From an uncultured Verrucomicrobiae bacterium (GTDB lineage Bacteria > Verrucomicrobiota > Verrucomicrobiia > Chthoniobacterales > UBA10450): DNA of 64,000 nucleotides. Each line of letters begins with the position of its first letter. The first letter of the stretch is position 1. The position numbers and the translations under genes are program-made. Shown here piece by piece: positions 57,591 to 64,000 of the stretch. Below the pieces are notes generated by a model. It made no database searches, was not told where the DNA came from, and saw only the letters and a program-made list of their open reading frames with translations. The stretch covers positions 512,001-576,000 of the forward strand of contig CAWFGO010000002.1 in the NCBI GenBank assembly GCA_963815455.1. The letters are read 5' to 3'.

Positions 57591-59188
57591 AGCTGGCAGA
57601 GTGGATCGTCGCGAGACTGCTGACCATTACGGTTCTGGCCCTTTTGATTGTCCGGGCACAGCATGCCGGGGGATTGTGGCGGGATGAATGCGCCTCCGTT
57701 CAGGTGGCAGTAATGCCGACAGTGGACGAGCTGCTTCAAAAATTATCAACGCGAGTCTTTTCCGGCCTTTTTCTATCTGATCCTGCGCGGCTTGGACGGC
57801 AGATATTTGGAACAGGTGACGCGGCTTTTCGATGCTTCGGTTTCGCCGTCGGTATTATTCTGCTGGCAGCCATCTGGACTAATTCGAGACTTTTGGCCGG
57901 AGGAGCCCCCCCTTATTCGCTCGCGCCTCCTGGGATTGAACACCACGTTTCTGTTCTGGGGAACAACCATTCGAGGATACGGCATAGGAAGTGCCCTTAT
58001 TCTTCTCACCTTCGGCCTTATCCTGAAAATTCTGCGCGATCCCAGTCGATTGGGGATTATTGCCGGGCTTACCGTCGCCTTGCTGAGTGTGCAGGTGCTG
58101 CTCTACAACTCGGTCATTCTTTTCGCGATCGGCGCCGCAGCGGCCGTCTATTTGTTTGATTCGTCGGAGATTTGCGCCCGGGCTCACCATCATTGGCATC
58201 GGGGTTGTTTGTGCAATTTCAATCCTTACCCTACGTCGCTCCATTTTGGAATGAGAGCCAGGCGACCGTTGTCTTGCGAAGTGATGTAGATCTACTCTGG
58301 TTTTGCAGCCAGCTCCGATTAGCTCTCGGAAATCCGTCCACCGTAATGACTGCTGCATGGGTGGCCCTTTTTTTGGGAGCAATCACCGGTGCCCTGTTCT
58401 GCGGCGGAATCCTTCCATCCAAACTGACCATTCCCGACTCAGAACGGCTTTTCTTCGGATGTTTGGTCGCGGTTTTTTCGGTAATTGCATACCTGGGATT
58501 CCTCCGGATCGTCGCCTACGGGGCGAGGGAGTGGTGACTATCTCGCACTCCTGGCGATCGTTGTTGCTGCCATCGATGTGTCCATTGCCGCGCTAGCCCA
58601 GGTCAAGTGGGTTCGTCTAGCCCGCCTTGTTCTGGCGATCATTGGGTTGATCGGTCTGCCGATCGTCGCGTGGCCCCAAGTGTTGCAACGCCAGACAAAC
58701 ATCGATCTAGTTGCGAAAGAACTGGAACAAACCGCGCAGCCGCGGGATCTGATTGTTGCCAATCCGTGGTATTTCGGCGTCGCCTTTAATTGGACTATCA
58801 CGGCCAGACGCTCTGGGTCACTGTTCCGACGATGCGCGATCATCGAGTACATCGCTTTGATCTGCTTAAGCAAAAAATGGCCTCGCCGAACACGATCGAT
58901 GACCTGCAGGAACTGATCAGCGGCACGCTCAAAGCGGGCGACCGGGTTTGGTTTGTCGGCGGCGTCGAGTTCAGACCGCCGGAGGAAGGCGCGCCCTACT
59001 TGCCGCCTGCGCCCTATTCTTACTTCGGTTGGCAGATGGACGCGTATGCCGAATTATGGTCGCAGCAAATCGGTGTCTTTCTACGCCATCATGCGTCTGG
59101 GGGTGAGCTTCTCCGCGTCGGAACCGGCGGCCGCGTGAATGAACTAGAAAAAGTCGATCTTCTGGTTATTGAGGGTTGGCACGAATGA
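57578..59188 (+). CDS. GT-C/ArnT-like multi-pass membrane protein, frameshifted
   Basis: HAGGLWRDE, TIRGYG, RQTNIDLVA...DLIVANPWYFGVAFN fragments across frames. Confidence 0.6.
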
Positions 59189-59550
59189 CCTCGGCCCGAG
59201 CAGGGAGGAGAGATTTCGCAGATGGCTAAGATGGGAAACAAATGCGAAAGCGCGAAAGGCCGTTGCCTGGCAACTCGCGAGATCGGCGCCTTCAAACGCG
59301 AAATCTCTTCATCATCTGCATCGGTCTTATTACGATCGCGTGGCTCGTCTTTGGCCAAACGCTTCGGCATGATTTCATAAACCGCAGAAGAGGCGCGAGA
59401 ATTGGCAACCGCCCCATGAGAATTCCCAATTAGCTGATGAGTTTGAGAAAGAAATCGCTCTTTATCGGGACGGCCTCCCCGCTGCGCGCGCCTCCCGTCC
59501 CGGCGGTGGCGTTTCCGGGCAGTAATATCAGAAACAACACGCGATCAGCG
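59185..59550 (+). pseudogene. Internally deleted TMTC-like (TM plus TPR) gene remnant
   Basis: N-terminal LFIICIGLITIAWLVFGQTLRHDFIN joined directly to a C-terminal TAEEARELATAHENSQLADEFEKEIALYRDGLP. Confidence 0.55.
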
Positions 59551-61634
59551 CCGAGTTTTGTGATACGATGATCCGCTTTCGTAAAGCGCGATCTCCTTCT
59601 CCAGCGCAGCAACGAGAGTCGCGTCATGGGCGGACTCCGCTAGCTGGAGCGCGTGACGCGCGACCTGCCTTGCATTTGAAAAATCACCAGCTTCAGCGTA
59701 GGCGGCGGCGAGGATGCGAAGCACCACGGGCTGATTTTCCCCAGAGAGATAATTCGCTCTTTGAGCCGCCCGAAGCGCTTCCGCCCCGTTTCTAAGAGAT
59801 GAATCGGACGAAGTTGCCAGCAGCCAGGCGAGATTGCTCAGCGCCGTCATATCGTCGGCTGATATCTGAAGAGCGCTCTTGTATTCCGCGATCGCGTCCT
59901 GCGTCCGGCCCGTCTGAACAAGAGCATTTGCCAGTTGTGTGTGAAGTTCCGCAACGCCGGGACGCAATTCGAGCGCCTTTTGATAGTAAACGATTGCCTG
60001 CTCGGGTTGGCCGCTTCGGCTCAACGCCTGCGCCAGATTAGACGTTGCATCCATGTAATCGGGTCGGATGGCCAAAGCTTTTTGGTAATGAGTTATTGCC
60101 TCCGCAACCCGACCAGCTCGAAAAAGGGTTGCCCCGAGATTGTTGTGCGCTTCGGCATCATCGGGGTTGACCGCCAACGCTTTCTCGTAATGGAGATCGC
60201 GTCCTCTAACTCGCCTTTCTGAACCAGGAGGCGGGCCAGATTGTAATGCGCTTCCCCGTAATCGGGTTTTAGCGCGACGGCCTCGCGATAATGGCGAATT
60301 GCCTCGTCGATCTTCTCGTCTTCGCGAAGAGTAATGGCCAGATTGTAATGCGCCATCCAGCACGCGGGGTTCTTTTCCAGCGTGTCCTGATAAAGGGTGA
60401 CGACGTCGCTGTAGTCGCAGTTTGTCGCCAGGTCAGACGGCACCCAGAAAGCAACAGGACACGCGCCAGCCGCGGCCTTCACGGCTGGCTGCCATTCCAG
60501 CGCGGCCAAGCCGGATGTGATTCCGGCAGCCGGCCAGAACAGCGGTCCGATGCTGGCGAGATACTGAAAATGATCGCTGACAAAGGAGTAGCGGAAAAAA
60601 TAGACGCTGAACAGGCCGAGAATCGGAAACAGTGAAATTACAAAATATGCGGCGGCAAAGAATACCGGGCGGAGCCATGTCTTGCGTTTGAACCACAAGA
60701 TCGACAAAGCGATCATCGCTGCCAGCAGTGGCAAGTAAGCGACCGGTCGCGATGAATCGATGGACCACCGCGGGTAAATGAAAATGAGCGGATGCGGCCA
60801 GACGAGTTTCCCGAGATAAAACCAGATTCCGTGTCCGGCGATGATGAGTCGCTCGGGCCAGGTTTGCGCCCATTCCAAGCCGGTCGCGCCCGAGTGAACT
60901 CTCTGTTCCCAAATTGTCCACCCACTGGCCGCAATCGAGAGCAGAAAAAATGGCGCCAGGCTCGCGCGCATCGCGCCAGTGCCAGCGGTGATTGCGCCAC
61001 CAAAGACAGAGCACGAGGACAACGGGCATCACGACAGTGGACGGCTTGCTCGTGATCGCCATGGCGAAGAGAGAGATAAACAACAGCACGGTGCAAGGCC
61101 CCGAGAGCCGCGACCAAGCTTCTCCGTCGCCGCCTCTCCGCTGCCGGCAAGTCCAGCTTCAAGAACAATAGGATCGACAACAGATAGAAGAGACACGATT
61201 CGGTATTCTTTAGCTCGGTCACCCAGGCGACCGATTGCACCATCACCGGGTGCAGAGCCCAAAGGGCAGCGCCCAGCCACGCCGCCGCGAACCCCAAGCA
61301 TGCGCAAGACTCGCCAGAGCAATACGGCGTTCGCTCCGTGAATCAACACATTCAGGACGTGATATGGCAGCCGGCGTCAGGCCGACGATCTTGTGCAGGC
61401 CCAAAAGGTCGTCAGCACCAGCGGATAATAGACCGCTTGCGGGCTGGTCCAGATTTCTTCAGGCCGGCGGCCCAATAACGACCGGGTTCTCCGTGTCAGA
61501 TGTGACTCGTCGTCCCAGATGAATCCGGCATGGCTGACGCGCGCGTAGGCGATGAGAACAAGACCGATCAGGAAGAGACCCCAGAGCAACTCCGAAGGCT
61601 TCCTTCGAAGTTCAATCCTCTGCTGGGACGCCAT
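59545..61634 (-). CDS. TMTC-like TPR-containing glycosyltransferase, frameshifted
   Basis: AGFIWDD, YYPL, LHPVMVQSVAWVTELKN, SKP, FYLGKLVWP, VSDHFQYLAS, TPRs, NLAWLLATS. Confidence 0.75.
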
Positions 61635-61723
61635 GTCGGAGCGGTCGCACGCACTCAATAAAAAGCAAACGGCCGGGCCCCGCTTTGGGACCCGGCCGCT
61701 GTTAGTTAAGCTTTCAGATTCGG

Positions 61724-64000
61724 TTAGAACTTTTTCGTAAGCGCGACGTACCAGAACCGGCCTTTAACGTCCGCAGCGGCTTCGTCGTAGCCGTTTTCGA
61801 AGGAGCTGGCCACGAACGGCGGATCGAGATCCATCACATTGTTCATACCAAGGGTGATCGAGACCCCATTCAGCCACGCTCTGAAGCCGCACGGGTTGTA
61901 CTCCGCGGTTGAGACCGGCATGACGTTCTTCTCCTTGCCGTCCTTCATCATCACGCTCTTGCCGCCGTCCTTGGAGTAGCCGGCGACCTCGCCTGCAGGC
62001 GCCGGCGGAGGCAGATTGAAGGTGTAGCTGACCTGGAGATCGAATGGTCACCCATTCGCGAACCTTGCGATCATCGGCTAGGTGAATCCTTGCCTGCCAC
62101 GTTAAGGGATACGATCCGCATGCCCGGAGGTGCAGGTTTGAAAAGCTCCGACGATGAAGCTCGGTCCCTGGTGATCCTTCCGCCATCGTATACTGTCCGG
62201 TGTAGTGAACAGTGACCCCGAGCTCGAGGCCTTCCATCCAGGTGCCCTTCGGGCCATTCCAGAAGACGTTGGCGTAGCCGCGCCAATGCGGCAGCGAGCC
62301 GAAATCGGCGTAATCACCCGCCACATTGAACGCGTCGTTTCTGGTGGCTCCATCCCCCTGCGGGCCGAACCTGGAACACGAATCTCGTTATGTATGTGCG
62401 TTCGCGGTGAGCGTGAGGGTTCCGAAATCGCCGTGCCCGAAGAGCGTGGTATCGATGATTTGGGAGGCTTCGAAATCGAAGTCCTTCAGTCATCACGCTG
62501 CCCAAATTGAAAGCTCTGATTGTTGACTTGAACAACCGATTGCCCGCCACATGCTGAACACGTACTGCCGTCTTCGAAAAGAACCTTACCGGGGAACTGG
62601 TCGCAGTTCATCGCGATAAAGTTGAAGCTGAACGGCGAAACCAGATCGCGCTCGTGAATGTGCCAGTACTCGGCGGACAGGGTCAGCCCCTTCACGAAAT
62701 ACTTCGGCGTCCAGACAGCGCCATAGCTCCAATCGTAAGCAACTTCGGGCCGCAGCGCCGGATTACCGCCGACCAAGTCCGCGGAACTGATACGTAGCCC
62801 GAGGTGGAGTTTACGTTGGAGGCCGGGAACGTCTCGGCGCCCTGCGGGCTCAACTCGTTCAAGTATGGCACGTGGAACGCCTCGCTATAGCTGGCCCGAA
62901 GCGTCAGGAATCATCGAACGGATTCCAACGGACCGAGAACTTCGGCCGTTGCGTGTTGTTCTGGCTCCGCTTCGGTGTGAACTGCCCCTGAATGCCATAC
63001 ACGCTCGAGGCATACCATTCCTCGCGCTCGGCCACATCGAACTCCAGGTTGTAGAGAACGTAAGGAATATTCCAGGTAGGGCTCGTGATCGGTATGCGCA
63101 CTTCCTGAAAAGTGCCCCACACATCTCGATTGCCCCTGGACGCCTGAATATCGGTCGAGCCGATGGTGCTGAAGCTGGTGTTCAGCGAATCGGGGTTATT
63201 CTTGTAGCGCTCCCGGCGGTGCTCCACACCAACCGCGAAGCCGATCTCACCCGCCGGCAGTTTCCAGAGGTCGCCGGTCATTTTCCAGTCTTCCAACTCC
63301 AAAGTGGTATTGGCGGTGTCATGCAAAGTGACGAACACCCTGTTCTTGGCCGCAGGCGTGTTGCGGAACGGGGGACCCGCGGTGCCCTTCGGGATCTGCA
63401 CTGTCGAATTGCCGGGGGTTCGAGGGTATTCCGAAGACATTGAACGCCGTCGCCGGGTCGGTATCGGCCAGAGCGTCGCGCAGACCCGGTCTTGCTGACC
63501 GCGTTGATGAAAAGATTCGACCATTGCACGTCGTTGTATCGGAAGTTGGTCTCCCAGTTCCAAGTCTTAAAGTAGTCGCCCATCCAGCCCATCTCGCCCT
63601 TCAAGCCAAAATCGACCATGTAGGTGTTGGTGGTGTCCTTGGAAAAGCGGCGCGGCACATCGCCAAGACCGCGGTATTTGACACCCGTGGTCACTGGCAG
63701 CCCGGCATAAACCCCAGCGCCAGCAGGCAGAACACAGTCCCCCCGATGTAAACGGATTGAAGGCGTTCTGGGTCGGCACACTAACGCCAACTGCCGAAAG
63801 CGGCGTGCCCAGCGAATTGGTGACGAATGGATCGGGCACGAACGGCACCGGCGCCAACGCCGCGTTAAAGAACGAGCGCGAGAAACTGAAGTCAGCGAAA
63901 ACAGTCAGGTATTTGTCGCAGATATCGTGCGTGTATGAAGCATACAGGTTTTCCTTATCTCCACCCGGGATGGCGGGAGTGAGACGAGCGAAATTGAAGA
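61724..64000 (-). CDS. TonB-dependent receptor, C-terminal part (runs off the right edge), frameshifted
   Basis: GFAVGVEHRRE, EVRIP, RPKFSVRW, GGNPALRPEVA...YGAVWTP, GMNNVMDLDPPF...GRFWYVALTKKF. Confidence 0.8.

Overview
GC-rich bacterial chromosomal window. Gene content (PEP-CTERM protein, futalosine-pathway mqnD, a TGTTC-N4-GAACA-type LexA box, TMTC-like and TonB-dependent receptor genes) suggests a soil Verrucomicrobia (Chthoniobacterales-like) genome; this is inference. Most of it is housekeeping and envelope genes: EPS export, maf, exbBD-TPR, glgE, ygfZ, parB, mqnD, KS/CLF, lptD, ugd, rsmB, coaX, hemB, gpmI, glycosylation genes, and two tRNAs (Gly-TCC, Tyr-GTA). Two accessory hotspots stand out. 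(1) 6.6-12.1 kb holds a RAYT REPtron, a small GIY-YIG nuclease flanked by four ~132-bp MITE-like repeats, and a LexA-boxed imuA plus truncated imuB. (2) 26.4-28.5 kb, between parB and mqnD, is a decayed CRISPR-like island: a truncated cas4 (cas4-cas1-fusion type), a second cas4 5' fragment, two HicAB pairs and a duplicated repeat-plus-terminator unit resembling a type V-B direct repeat. A family of 18-32-nt micro-insertions, most starting with CCTGCC, has landed inside REPs, inside the MITE-like repeats and in frame inside maf. Short 7-8-mer tandem arrays flank a four-helix-bundle gene and occur inside coding sequences. From ~53 kb to the end nearly all genes are frameshifted, probably from sequencing or assembly error.
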